Assembly: GCA_040752125.1 (NCBI GenBank)
Contig: JBFMFK010000006.1
Location: 1,152-65,151, forward strand
Reading direction: 5' to 3'
From: Patescibacteria group bacterium
GTDB taxonomy: Bacteria; Patescibacteriota; Minisyncoccia; UBA9983
Length of the DNA: 64,000 nt
Shown in pieces: positions 48,496 to 57,564 of the stretch (its first letter is position 1; the number at the start of each line of letters is the position of its first letter). Both the position numbers and the translations under genes were made by a program. The notes beneath the pieces are model-generated. The model ran no database searches, had not been told where the DNA came from, and was given only the letters and a program-made list of their open reading frames with translations.

Positions 48496-48843
48496 ATGCT
48501 AAGTATTTTTCCGTGGCTTTTTAATTATTCTCAAGCGGCTTCCTTTATTTTAAGAATTGCTCTGGCAATCATTCTGATAAACACCTCTTCTTTCATTCTT
48601 CCTGATCTGGCAGAAAAACAGGCGAAGCTGGTAAAAATAATAAAATCTGTTTCAGCGCTTTGTCTGATCTTGGGACTTTTTATCCAGCCGGTTGCCCTGC
48701 TCCTTATCATTATGCTAGGAATTAATATTATCAGGCCTTCTTTAGATATGGAAAAGAAACTGGTTAGTTTTTTACTGATGACTGTTGCACTGAGTCTGAT
48801 GCTTTTGGGACCGGGTTTGTTTTCAATAGACCTGCCTTTATAA
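48496..48843 (+). CDS. DoxX-family membrane protein
   Basis: 4-TM small protein ending in GPGLFSID. Confidence 0.5.
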   Translation: MLSIFPWLFNYSQAASFILRIALAIILINTSSFILPDLAEKQAKLVKIIKSVSALCLILGLFIQPVALLLIIMLGINIIRPSLDMEKKLVSFLLMTVALSLMLLGPGLFSIDLPL

Positions 48844-48855
48844 ATTTATTTAAAA

Positions 48856-49347
48856 ATGTCTGATGTTAAATTTTACAATGAAACATTAAAGCGCCAGATT
48901 GACTTTGAACGTCTTGTAGAAGAATTAGTGAAGTATATCCGGGCCGAACCTGAACGGGAATATAAAATAAGCGTAGGTACGGATTCTCAGGGATCCAATC
49001 ACACGCATTTTGTCACTGCTATTGCCATTTTGCGTGTAGGGAATGGCGGCATTTATTTTTGGACAAGATCGGATAAAATATATTGTCCCACCATGCAAGA
49101 TAGAATATATAAAGAGGCGATGCGTTCAATAGTTTTTGTCCAAGAATTGAAAAGTCGGTTAAGAGAAAAATTGGGCGAAGAATTTTTTTGGGACAATAAA
49201 ATTAGCGTGCATATTGATGTGGGGAAAAGGGGCGAAACAAAAGATCTTGTAGACATCGTTATTGGAATGGTAAAAGGATACGGATTTGATGCCGTGATAA
49301 AGCCAGACTCCTTTGGAGCCTTTGTTATCGCAGACAGACATACATAG
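48856..49347 (+). CDS. DUF458/YkuK-family RNase H-like protein
   Basis: ISVGTDSQ motif and length. Confidence 0.55.
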   Translation: MSDVKFYNETLKRQIDFERLVEELVKYIRAEPEREYKISVGTDSQGSNHTHFVTAIAILRVGNGGIYFWTRSDKIYCPTMQDRIYKEAMRSIVFVQELKSRLREKLGEEFFWDNKISVHIDVGKRGETKDLVDIVIGMVKGYGFDAVIKPDSFGAFVIADRHT

Positions 49348-49363
49348 TTTTTTTAGCTTTTTC

Positions 49364-49435
49364 CCGCCCATAGCTCAATTGGCAGAGCAGCTCCCTTTTA
49401 AGGAGAAGGTTCTAGGTTCGATTCCTAGTGGGCGG
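49364..49435 (+). tRNA. tRNA-Lys (anticodon TTT)
   Basis: CCGCCCA/TGGGCGG acceptor, loop CTTTTAA, T-loop TTCGATT. Confidence 0.85.
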
Positions 49436-49470
49436 AAACAAAATTTTAGAAAATGTTAAACACTTAATGT

Positions 49471-50352
49471 CTAACAGATATGTAAGATAAAATTTTCTAG
49501 GCCAGAGCTTAGATCAGACTGGCCATTTCTAGATCTGTGATAAACATCAATCAGCTGCCAAGAGAGCTCGTTTAATTCTTCTTGGCTAAAGCTGTTAATG
49601 TTCGTTAAGGTTTTTTTTACAACATAGGGATGGAATCCTGTTTCTTTTTCAATGTTCTTCATCTTCATACTTGACAATCTTTTAACAAGAGAGAGGTTTT
49701 TAATTTGCCAGAGAATTTTCCAAAAGATCTCTTCTGGATCTATACCTGACAAGATTGCCTCTTGAAACAAAATCCAGGCTTTAATTTTCTGCTTTAGGGC
49801 CACAGCATCGCCAACGGCAAAAGGATTGTAATTGTTTTTTTCTACCCTTTCAAGCTCTCCTCCTAATTCATATTTCTCAATCTTTTTGGAAACGCACCAA
49901 AGATCAGGACCGCATCTCTCTATGATTCTCTGGACCGCAATATTAGAAATTTTTTTACTTTTTTCTTCTATGAAATTTTTCAGCTTTAAAGGAGGGAGAA
50001 ATTTAAATTCCTGGATTTTATTGCTGTATTGTCTAAAAATCTCAATCATCTCCTCTCCAATATCTTCTTCAAGAAAAATAAAAATATTCTTGGAATTCTT
50101 TATTTCTTCTGCATGATTTATTACAAAATTCTCTATAGCCTTATCCTTTATAATATTTTCAGAGATCACTATAATTTTTTCGCCAAACAATCCGCAGATT
50201 TTCATTAACTCTTCAAAATTGCCTTGCTCAAAATTTTCTTTTTCAAATTTAAAAATGTCCAGATTTTCAGATCTTGAGCGGAAAAAATCCAAGAGGTCAT
50301 TCAGCTTCTTCCTGCTTCGGAAGCTGTCTGGTCCATAGAGAAGATAAAGCAT
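49471..50352 (-). CDS. holA: DNA polymerase III delta subunit
   Basis: MLYLLYGPDSF N-terminus and AAA+-lid-like architecture. Confidence 0.65.
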   Translation of the reverse strand: MLYLLYGPDSFRSRKKLNDLLDFFRSRSENLDIFKFEKENFEQGNFEELMKICGLFGEKIIVISENIIKDKAIENFVINHAEEIKNSKNIFIFLEEDIGEEMIEIFRQYSNKIQEFKFLPPLKLKNFIEEKSKKISNIAVQRIIERCGPDLWCVSKKIEKYELGGELERVEKNNYNPFAVGDAVALKQKIKAWILFQEAILSGIDPEEIFWKILWQIKNLSLVKRLSSMKMKNIEKETGFHPYVVKKTLTNINSFSQEELNELSWQLIDVYHRSRNGQSDLSSGLENFILHIC

Positions 50353-50358
50353 AAAAAT

Positions 50359-50748
50359 TTAAACGTATTTTTTTGCAATAATATCTTTGATTTTATTAAC
50401 AATCTCGTCTGGGGTAAAATTGACTTTTACCATAAAATCAACGGCGCCTAAAAGCATTGCCTTATCAACATCCTCCTTCTGGCCCAAGTTGCTTGAAACA
50501 ATTACTGGAATGTCTTTGGTCTTTTTATCTTTTTTCAGTATTGATAAGATTTCAAAACCATCCACGCCCGGCAGTATCAAATCCAAGATGACAACTACTG
50601 GTTTCTCTTCCTCAAGCACCTTAAGTGTCTCTTTTGAATCAGAGGCTACAAGGACTTTAAATCCTTCTTTTTCTAGCTTCTGGGAAATTAATGTTCTGAA
50701 AAATTTATCATCCTCAATGATTAATATTGTTTCTTTTTCCATATTCAT
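50359..50748 (-). CDS. stand-alone response-regulator receiver domain (CheY-like)
   Basis: DD...D...T...K receiver residues (ILIIEDD, VILDLILPG, SS, K). Confidence 0.8.
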   Translation of the reverse strand: MNMEKETILIIEDDKFFRTLISQKLEKEGFKVLVASDSKETLKVLEEEKPVVVILDLILPGVDGFEILSILKKDKKTKDIPVIVSSNLGQKEDVDKAMLLGAVDFMVKVNFTPDEIVNKIKDIIAKKYV

Positions 50749-52957
50749 ATTTTATCATATCCTGCCAATTTTTTCCTATATAAACATTGATAATAATGGG
50801 GATATCATCAGGATAAATATTTTCCGTAATGTCTTTGATTACGGGTATGCTTTTCTCAATCATTTCTTCTCTAATCTCAAAAATAAGTTCGTCGTGTATC
50901 TGAAGCAAGAGCCGCACTCCCGCCCTCCATTCCTTTTCCTCCACCATTTTATCTATCTTGACCATGGCTATTTTTATAAAATCAGCGGCCGATCCCTGGA
51001 CGGGCGCGTTGATGGCCATTCTTTCTGATCCACTCCTTATCTTTTCTATTGAAGAATTAATTTCCGGGAAATATCTTTTTCTTTTGAAAAGGGTTTCTGT
51101 GTATCCATTTTTTCTCACCTCTTCTTTGGTTCTTTCCAGATAATCAGCCACCCCCTTGAATTTCAAGAAATATTTGTCGTAAAAGATCTGCGCCTCCTCG
51201 CGCGAACATTGCAGACTCTCTTTCAAGGCATTGATCCCCATCCCATAAATGATTCCAAAATTTATAACCTTGGCCTGCCTTCTCATTTCTTCTGTCACTT
51301 TTCCTAATGGCAGATTAAAAATTTCTGCTGCCACAGCGGAATGAACATCTTCACCTTCTTGGAAAATATTTTTTAATTTTTCATCTCTGCTTAAAATCGC
51401 CATTATCCTTAACTCAATCTGAGAATAATCAAAGCTCACCAGATAAAATCCATTATCAGCAATAAAGGCGCGCCTAATCTTTTTTCCTGTTTCAGTTCTT
51501 TTGGGAATGTTTTGAAGATTCGGGTCTTTAGAAGAAATTCTTCCTGTGACTGTGCCCGCTTGATCAAATTTGGTATGAATTCTTTTGTTTTCGTCTGCCA
51601 TGATCGGAAGGGTATCCAAATAGGTAGAGGTCAACTTTGCCAATTCCCGGCAGGAGATGATTTCTTCAACAACAGGGTGCTGATTCTTTAATTTAATCAA
51701 TTCAGAAAAACTAGTGGATTGATTGCCTGTTGATGTTTTTTTCAGCCCTTTTTGCTTTAAATTAAGTTTCTTAAACAAAACCTCGGATAACTGCTTTGGA
51801 GAATTGATGTTAAATTTTTCTCCAGCCATCTTCCAAATTTTTTGTTCCAGTTCTCTTAATTTTTGGTGATATTCATCTGAAATCTTTTTTAAATATTCAG
51901 TATCTAAGAGAATACCTCGTGATTCCATTTCTTGGAGAATTTTAAAGAGGGGGAGTTCAATTTCATAAAAAAATTTCTCTGTAACCTGACCTTTTAACTT
52001 TTCATATAAAAGTTCTTTGGGACTAATTAATGAATCCTTATTTTCTAAAATAGGCAATCTGTCCAACAAACTCTTAAAGCTGAGATCTATAAACAGTCCC
52101 CTGATCTTTTCAAAATTGATAAATTTCTTCCATTTCCCCTCTTCAAGAGAAAATTTTACCGGCGCATCTTTCCTGATTTCTGCCAATGTCTTACTAAACA
52201 TTGCCTCTTCCTCATTTTTTTTTAAAATCTCTATTGTTTTTTGTCTAAGGCCTCCTGTCTCTGTAATCTTTCTATCTTCTTTTATGGCTCTGTATAAATT
52301 CTCAATGTGGCCAAACTTTTTTATCAATGCAGAGGCAGTCTTTTCTCCGATACCGGGAACACCAATAATATTATCCGAGGGATCGCCCTTAAGCGCCTTG
52401 AAATCAGATATAAACTCTGGCCCAAATCCAAACCGTTTTTTCACCATCTCATCATCATAAAGAACTGTTTCTTTTATTCCTTTAGATAAGGTATAAACAA
52501 CAACTTCTTTATTTCTCACTAATTGCAAGGTATCCAAGTCGCCGGAGGCAATGATGATTTTTAGCTGATCGTTGATCGGTAATAGTTGATTGACAATTGA
52601 GCCAAGAATGTCATCAGCTTCAAATCCCGGAGATTCAAGAACGGGAATGCCAAAAACTTTGAGCATCTCGCGCGAATTGCCAATCTGTTGGGCAAGGAGA
52701 TCATCTGTCTTGGGACGCTGCGCTTTGTATTGCTCATAAACAACATGCCTGAAGGTTGGTTCTGGTAAATCGTAGCAAGCCGCCATATAATCTGGTTTTA
52801 ATTCGCGGATGATTTTTAAAATAAAACTAGCAAATCCGAAAAGGGCGCCCGTTGGTTCTCCCTGTGGAGAAGTAAAGTTAGGCAAGGCGTGAAAGGCACG
52901 ATGCAAAACTGCATGTGCATCAATCAAAACCAAAATTTTCTTTTTTTCTTGAATCAC
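50714..52957 (-). CDS. polA: DNA polymerase I (5'-nuclease + polymerase, no 3'-5' exonuclease domain)
   Basis: 5'-3' exo N-terminus. Polymerase motifs A/B/C (DYSQIELR, RRQAKVINFGIIYG, HDE). Confidence 0.9.
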   Translation of the reverse strand: MIQEKKKILVLIDAHAVLHRAFHALPNFTSPQGEPTGALFGFASFILKIIRELKPDYMAACYDLPEPTFRHVVYEQYKAQRPKTDDLLAQQIGNSREMLKVFGIPVLESPGFEADDILGSIVNQLLPINDQLKIIIASGDLDTLQLVRNKEVVVYTLSKGIKETVLYDDEMVKKRFGFGPEFISDFKALKGDPSDNIIGVPGIGEKTASALIKKFGHIENLYRAIKEDRKITETGGLRQKTIEILKKNEEEAMFSKTLAEIRKDAPVKFSLEEGKWKKFINFEKIRGLFIDLSFKSLLDRLPILENKDSLISPKELLYEKLKGQVTEKFFYEIELPLFKILQEMESRGILLDTEYLKKISDEYHQKLRELEQKIWKMAGEKFNINSPKQLSEVLFKKLNLKQKGLKKTSTGNQSTSFSELIKLKNQHPVVEEIISCRELAKLTSTYLDTLPIMADENKRIHTKFDQAGTVTGRISSKDPNLQNIPKRTETGKKIRRAFIADNGFYLVSFDYSQIELRIMAILSRDEKLKNIFQEGEDVHSAVAAEIFNLPLGKVTEEMRRQAKVINFGIIYGMGINALKESLQCSREEAQIFYDKYFLKFKGVADYLERTKEEVRKNGYTETLFKRKRYFPEINSSIEKIRSGSERMAINAPVQGSAADFIKIAMVKIDKMVEEKEWRAGVRLLLQIHDELIFEIREEMIEKSIPVIKDITENIYPDDIPIIINVYIGKNWQDMIKYEYGKRNNINH

Positions 52958-55578
52958 TTTTTATCTTTTTCCTTTAGTATTTTAGAAACTCGATAGCGTA
53001 TATATATTATCAATCCCAAAAAACCAAGAAGCAAGATAATTACTATGTAAATCCAGGATCCAAATTTTGCCAAAGAAAAACCGACTGTGGCTACAGCTGT
53101 AAATCCGGGTTCAATAATGATTGTGTTGGAAACAGAAATATCCGGCTGAGGATTGCCAAAAATATCTGTAAAGCCAAGAATAGCTGTGGTGATTAATTTT
53201 CCATTCTCTTCTGCTGAATCTTCAACTTTTACTTTGACATCAATAGAACCAGAATCTTTTTCTTTAATCTTACCGAGATCAAAGAACAAAATATTTCTTT
53301 CAGAAGAATAGTCAGGGGGATTTGCACTTTTTACACTTAGTCCTTCAGGTAGAATAATTTTTAGAATGACATTATCAACATCTGCAATGCCGATGTTTCT
53401 ATATCGTACTGTGTAATTTATTTCCTCGTTATACTTGACCTCATTTTTATCGGCGTTAATGTCTAAAGATATTAAATCAAGGTTTAAAATTGTAATTGTC
53501 TCATTTGATTTTTTGGTGATTGTAGCTGCAGTGGCTGAAAAGGAATTTGCAATGGTAATGTTTTTTTCTACTGGTTTTGTTTTTACTCTCAAGGAGATCG
53601 TTGCTGTTTTTTTTGAAGAGAGTGAGGCAATCTTCCAAAACAAATTAGAATCACTAGAAACTGAAGTTGGCGGATTGGAATCAAGGAAATCAAAATTTTG
53701 GCTAAGAGAATCTTTCACAGTGATATTTTTTAATTCATCACCAGTTTCATTTTTAATATTAAGCAGATATTCAATGGTATCACCAATGGAGGCGGAATTG
53801 ATAAGATTGCTTCCATTTGGGAAAGAAAGATTTTTCATTTCCTTCCATACAGAAAAAGATGAAAAAGATGCCGGTGTTGTCGCTTTCTCTGAAACTAGTG
53901 GTTGAACTACAATGACTGGCAGGGTTTTAAAATTAAAAATGACGCCTCGGGTGATTCCAAAGTCATTTTTCGCCACAAGACGATAGTAATAATTAATATT
54001 GGGTGATAAAGAGACTAGTTGAAAGCTAACAGGAATAAAAGAATCGCCAGAACCAACACTGAAAGAATTAGTGATGGTATATAAATTGAGAGTCGGATCT
54101 GTTCCCCACTCAAACCAGGCCACAGTTGAAGAATTTTTGGGGTTAATGCTTCCTTTAAGCAATGCCGAGGTTTGACTGACTTGATCTGGCGGATAAACAA
54201 CTATCTCTGGACTGCTGCCTAAAGCTTTTCCTGTTGTAAATATTAATGTACTTCCAAAACTTCTTCCGCAAATATTTTCAGATACCAAGCGGAAATAATA
54301 TGTTGTGTTTGGCTTTAAATTTCCCAAATATCTTAAAATGTCGGTGTCAACATTTCCGCTTCCAATATCCTGTGATGTTGTTCTAAATGTCAAAGAGTAT
54401 GATTCTCCATATTCAAACCAGGCAGTTGCAGAACGATTGCGCGGATTGACAACGCCTCTTAAGGTAGCTGAATCTTTCGTAACAAAAGCAGCTGATCCTG
54501 TGGTAACAATAGGGGCGCAGGATCCGGTGATAGAGGATGTTCCTCCCCCAGCTGTTCCGCTCGTAGTTCCACCAGCTGGCGGGCCGGTGGTAAAACTAAA
54601 AGTAGAACCATAGGTTGTTCCTGCGGAATTCTGAGCCACTGGCCTGAAAAGATAAGTTGTTTCAGTTGAAAGTCCGGAAAGCCCGGAAATAAAATCAATA
54701 TAAACTGTACCATCTCCCATGTTTTGGTGAGCTGTTTCATTACTCAAACCCAAATCAATGTCGCCCCATTGAAACCAGGCATTTGTTTGTAGGCCATTTG
54801 GACTGACGCTGGCCCTCAAGGCCACAGAGGTTTGGTTAATCTCCGTAGCATAGCCAGCAATCACAGAGGGAGACTTATTGCCCGGGAGGCCAACTGCACC
54901 AGTTGTAAAACTTAAGGTTGAACCCCTGGTAATACCTATACTGTTCTGCGCCACTGCACGATAGTAATAAACATTTCCTGAAGAAAGATTGGTCAAACCA
55001 GAAAGAAAATCAACAAACACAAAGCCGGAGCCAATTGCCTGATGAGAAGTTTCGTTTGTTAAACCGCTAGCTGACAGCCCCCATTCAAACCAGGCAGATG
55101 TATCAGAACTATTAGGATTAACACTGCCCTTAAGGGTGACACTGGTTGGCAAAAGATCGTCAATAACATATGTATAAACTATTGGCGGATTCAAATTGCT
55201 GACAAAGCTAGTTGTCTTAAAACTAAAAGTAGAACCATAGGTTGTTCCTGCGGAATTCTGAGCCACTGGCCTGAAAAGATAAGTTGTTTCAGTTGAAAGT
55301 CCGGAAAGACCGGAAATAAAATCAATATAAACTGTACCATCTCCCATGTTTTGGTGAGCTGTTTCATTACTCAAACCCAAATCAATGTCGCCCCATTGAA
55401 ACCAAACGTCCGTATTTAGTCCATTTGGATTAACACCAGCTGAAAGAATGGCTGATGTCTGAGATACGTCTTTGGCATAATAATTAAAAAGGGAGGGGGC
55501 TCCTGCTGCCAAGACCGAATTAAGATTAAAAACAGAAAAACAGATCAAAAAAAACAAGGCAAATTTCATTGTAATCAA
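52954..55578 (-). CDS. large surface protein with five to six Fn3-like about 100-aa repeats, a DUF11-like repeat region and a C-terminal TM anchor
   Basis: Repeated ...TYLFRPVAQNSAGTTYGSTFSF... units. N-terminal signal peptide. Confidence 0.6.
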   Translation of the reverse strand: MITMKFALFFLICFSVFNLNSVLAAGAPSLFNYYAKDVSQTSAILSAGVNPNGLNTDVWFQWGDIDLGLSNETAHQNMGDGTVYIDFISGLSGLSTETTYLFRPVAQNSAGTTYGSTFSFKTTSFVSNLNPPIVYTYVIDDLLPTSVTLKGSVNPNSSDTSAWFEWGLSASGLTNETSHQAIGSGFVFVDFLSGLTNLSSGNVYYYRAVAQNSIGITRGSTLSFTTGAVGLPGNKSPSVIAGYATEINQTSVALRASVSPNGLQTNAWFQWGDIDLGLSNETAHQNMGDGTVYIDFISGLSGLSTETTYLFRPVAQNSAGTTYGSTFSFTTGPPAGGTTSGTAGGGTSSITGSCAPIVTTGSAAFVTKDSATLRGVVNPRNRSATAWFEYGESYSLTFRTTSQDIGSGNVDTDILRYLGNLKPNTTYYFRLVSENICGRSFGSTLIFTTGKALGSSPEIVVYPPDQVSQTSALLKGSINPKNSSTVAWFEWGTDPTLNLYTITNSFSVGSGDSFIPVSFQLVSLSPNINYYYRLVAKNDFGITRGVIFNFKTLPVIVVQPLVSEKATTPASFSSFSVWKEMKNLSFPNGSNLINSASIGDTIEYLLNIKNETGDELKNITVKDSLSQNFDFLDSNPPTSVSSDSNLFWKIASLSSKKTATISLRVKTKPVEKNITIANSFSATAATITKKSNETITILNLDLISLDINADKNEVKYNEEINYTVRYRNIGIADVDNVILKIILPEGLSVKSANPPDYSSERNILFFDLGKIKEKDSGSIDVKVKVEDSAEENGKLITTAILGFTDIFGNPQPDISVSNTIIIEPGFTAVATVGFSLAKFGSWIYIVIILLLGFLGLIIYIRYRVSKILKEKDKK
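54592..55403. repeat. two near-identical about 186-bp direct repeats (54592-54777 and 55219-55403) inside the surface-protein gene
   Basis: Only a single mismatch seen by eye between the copies. Confidence 0.6.
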
Positions 55579-55584
55579 ACTATA

Positions 55585-56031
55585 CTATTTTTTGAGACTA
55601 ATGTCAATAAGACGTTTGTGAGGACCGAGATGGGAAAATTTTATCCAAAAATATTTTTTAGGAAAAATTTTTTTAATTTTTTCAGCCCATTCAACCAAAA
55701 TTATATTTTGTGGATTTTTTATCAATTTTCTCCATCCTAAATCAAGAATTTCTTTTGATTTTTTTATTCGGTAAGCATCAAGGTGAATCAAAAATGCGAA
55801 ACTGGGAATGCTAAGCTGGAGACACTTCATTAAAACAAAAGTAGGGCTGGTAACTTTCTTTTTAATGCCTAATGCTTTTGCAAATCCTTGAACAAAAGTT
55901 GTCTTTCCACCTCCCAATTCGCCTGAAAGTCCTATCAGGACTGCCTTTTGTGTTTTTTGTTGAATGACTTTTTGCGCCATCTGTTTTGCCAATTTTTGCG
56001 TCTGGTTTTTAGATTGAGAAATTCTCTTCAT
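55585..56031 (-). CDS. tsaE: tRNA threonylcarbamoyladenosine biosynthesis protein TsaE
   Basis: GELGGGKTTFVQGFAKALGI P-loop. 148 aa. Confidence 0.7.
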   Translation of the reverse strand: MKRISQSKNQTQKLAKQMAQKVIQQKTQKAVLIGLSGELGGGKTTFVQGFAKALGIKKKVTSPTFVLMKCLQLSIPSFAFLIHLDAYRIKKSKEILDLGWRKLIKNPQNIILVEWAEKIKKIFPKKYFWIKFSHLGPHKRLIDISLKK

Positions 56032-56071
56032 AATTTATAATATCTTAGCATAAAAAAACTGGGACAGATTT

Positions 56072-56356
56072 TTATCTGCCCCAGGAATATGAGAAATTAT
56101 AGCCGTCCTTGCGGCCATATCTTGAGATATTAAATGAGCCGTAAGAAGAAAAAGGAGAATAAAAGTATGAAAAATTATAGTTCCCGTGATGAGTATATCT
56201 TGAAAAGTTATAACTGTTATAGTAATAGGGAGATGGAGAGTAATAATACGGGATATAAGAGTAATAATAGGGATCATAGAGATCTCTGTAGTACCCGTAA
56301 CCAATCACACAACCAGAGAGAAATATTAAAATCAAAACTATCCAAGCTATTTTCAT
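56072..56356 (-). CDS. Tyr-rich small lipoprotein
   Basis: Lipobox FLSGC after a signal peptide, then a Y/S/P-rich low-complexity sequence (about 25% Tyr). Confidence 0.45.
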   Translation of the reverse strand: MKIAWIVLILIFLSGCVIGYGYYRDLYDPYYYSYIPYYYSPSPYYYNSYNFSRYTHHGNYNFSYFYSPFSSYGSFNISRYGRKDGYNFSYSWGR

Positions 56357-56442
56357 TTTTTCCTCCTCTCTATAAAATTTTTCCTCTTAGTTAATAATAA
56401 TAAATTAAAATTTTTTGTCAAGATTGTCTTGGGTTTTTTGGG

Positions 56443-57549
56443 ATGGTAGGAATGAAACTGATGAATGAATCTTGGAAAGAAAAAATACAGGAGGTACTGC
56501 TACCATCGCGATCAATTGCCCTGATTCTGAATGAAAATTTTGAAGAACATGAATTTTTGCTGCGGGAGGCATTAAAGACAGCTTTGCGTTCAAAAAATTA
56601 TTTTACCTATTCAATTCCTGAAGATGACAAGATCTTATCAGAAAAATGGTCAGCGATCATACCAAGACTTGATAATATTCAACCGTCGCACACCGCTTCT
56701 ATTCTTATTCCAAAAGATAAATTTAATATCAAAGAAGTTTTCTATGAAAACAATGATAATTTTTTTGTCCTCAATATTAAGACAGAAAACAATAAATTAA
56801 GCCCCGAAGACATTGTCTTCAGATCAAAACCAATCAGCATTGATGCGGTTTTATATCTGGGAGATTTGGAAACAAATCGACTTGAAGCGCCACAAAACAA
56901 AATCTTGCTGCCTCCCAAAGAAAAAATTCTTTCTATAACACACCAAAATAAAACCTTGATTGAAAATGTAAAAGAAATTATCTCAATAATTGACGGGGGG
57001 TTGCTTTCTTCAAACAACATTGCCACTATTCTTTTTGCGGCCCTAGTTTTGGAAACAAAAAATTTCACATCTTATCTTTCAGAACAAACAATGGAGCTGG
57101 CAGGTATTCTCTTAAGACTCGGCGCAGACAAAAAGGCCATCAGTGAGATTTTGGAAAAAGAAAAAACAGACACCTTTGCCCAGCTTTTGGGAAGATCTCT
57201 GGCGCGGACAAGAATTAATCAAAATCTTTCCAGTGCCTGGACTTTTTTATCTAAAGAAGATTTTGAAAAAACAGGGTTTGATAATCAAGATTTCAAACTT
57301 CTCTATAAAATTCTTTTAAAAATAAGGGATTTTTTGCCTTCACAATCTTTCTATTTTCTCTTGTGGCAGAAAAATGACGAAGTTTTTTCTCTGGCAACAT
57401 CAGAATACAATACCATTGAAATTCTTGTTTCGCTGGCTGAAAATTTAAACTGTGATTTTTACGGCAGGTTTTTTGTATGCGGCCCATTCAAAAATTTTTC
57501 CGAATCAGAATTAAAATTAAGAGAGCTATTGAAAGAAAAATTAAAATAA
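56443..57549 (+). CDS. hypothetical protein (possibly degenerate DHH-like)
   Basis: 368-aa ORF upstream of pilB. No confident family. Confidence 0.4.
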   Translation: MVGMKLMNESWKEKIQEVLLPSRSIALILNENFEEHEFLLREALKTALRSKNYFTYSIPEDDKILSEKWSAIIPRLDNIQPSHTASILIPKDKFNIKEVFYENNDNFFVLNIKTENNKLSPEDIVFRSKPISIDAVLYLGDLETNRLEAPQNKILLPPKEKILSITHQNKTLIENVKEIISIIDGGLLSSNNIATILFAALVLETKNFTSYLSEQTMELAGILLRLGADKKAISEILEKEKTDTFAQLLGRSLARTRINQNLSSAWTFLSKEDFEKTGFDNQDFKLLYKILLKIRDFLPSQSFYFLLWQKNDEVFSLATSEYNTIEILVSLAENLNCDFYGRFFVCGPFKNFSESELKLRELLKEKLK

Positions 57550-57564
57550 GCTATTATTTTTAAA

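Noticed and set aside
49364-49435. Integration scar (att repeat) of a mobile island at tRNA-Lys
   Set aside because: I could not find a copy of the tRNA 3' end at the 45.5-kb side of the islet by eye. This is kept only as a low-confidence hypothesis in the findings.
56035-56304. Alternative-frame ORF overlapping the Tyr-rich lipoprotein
   Set aside because: It has no signal peptide and no start context. The other frame has a clean lipoprotein signal peptide and lipobox.
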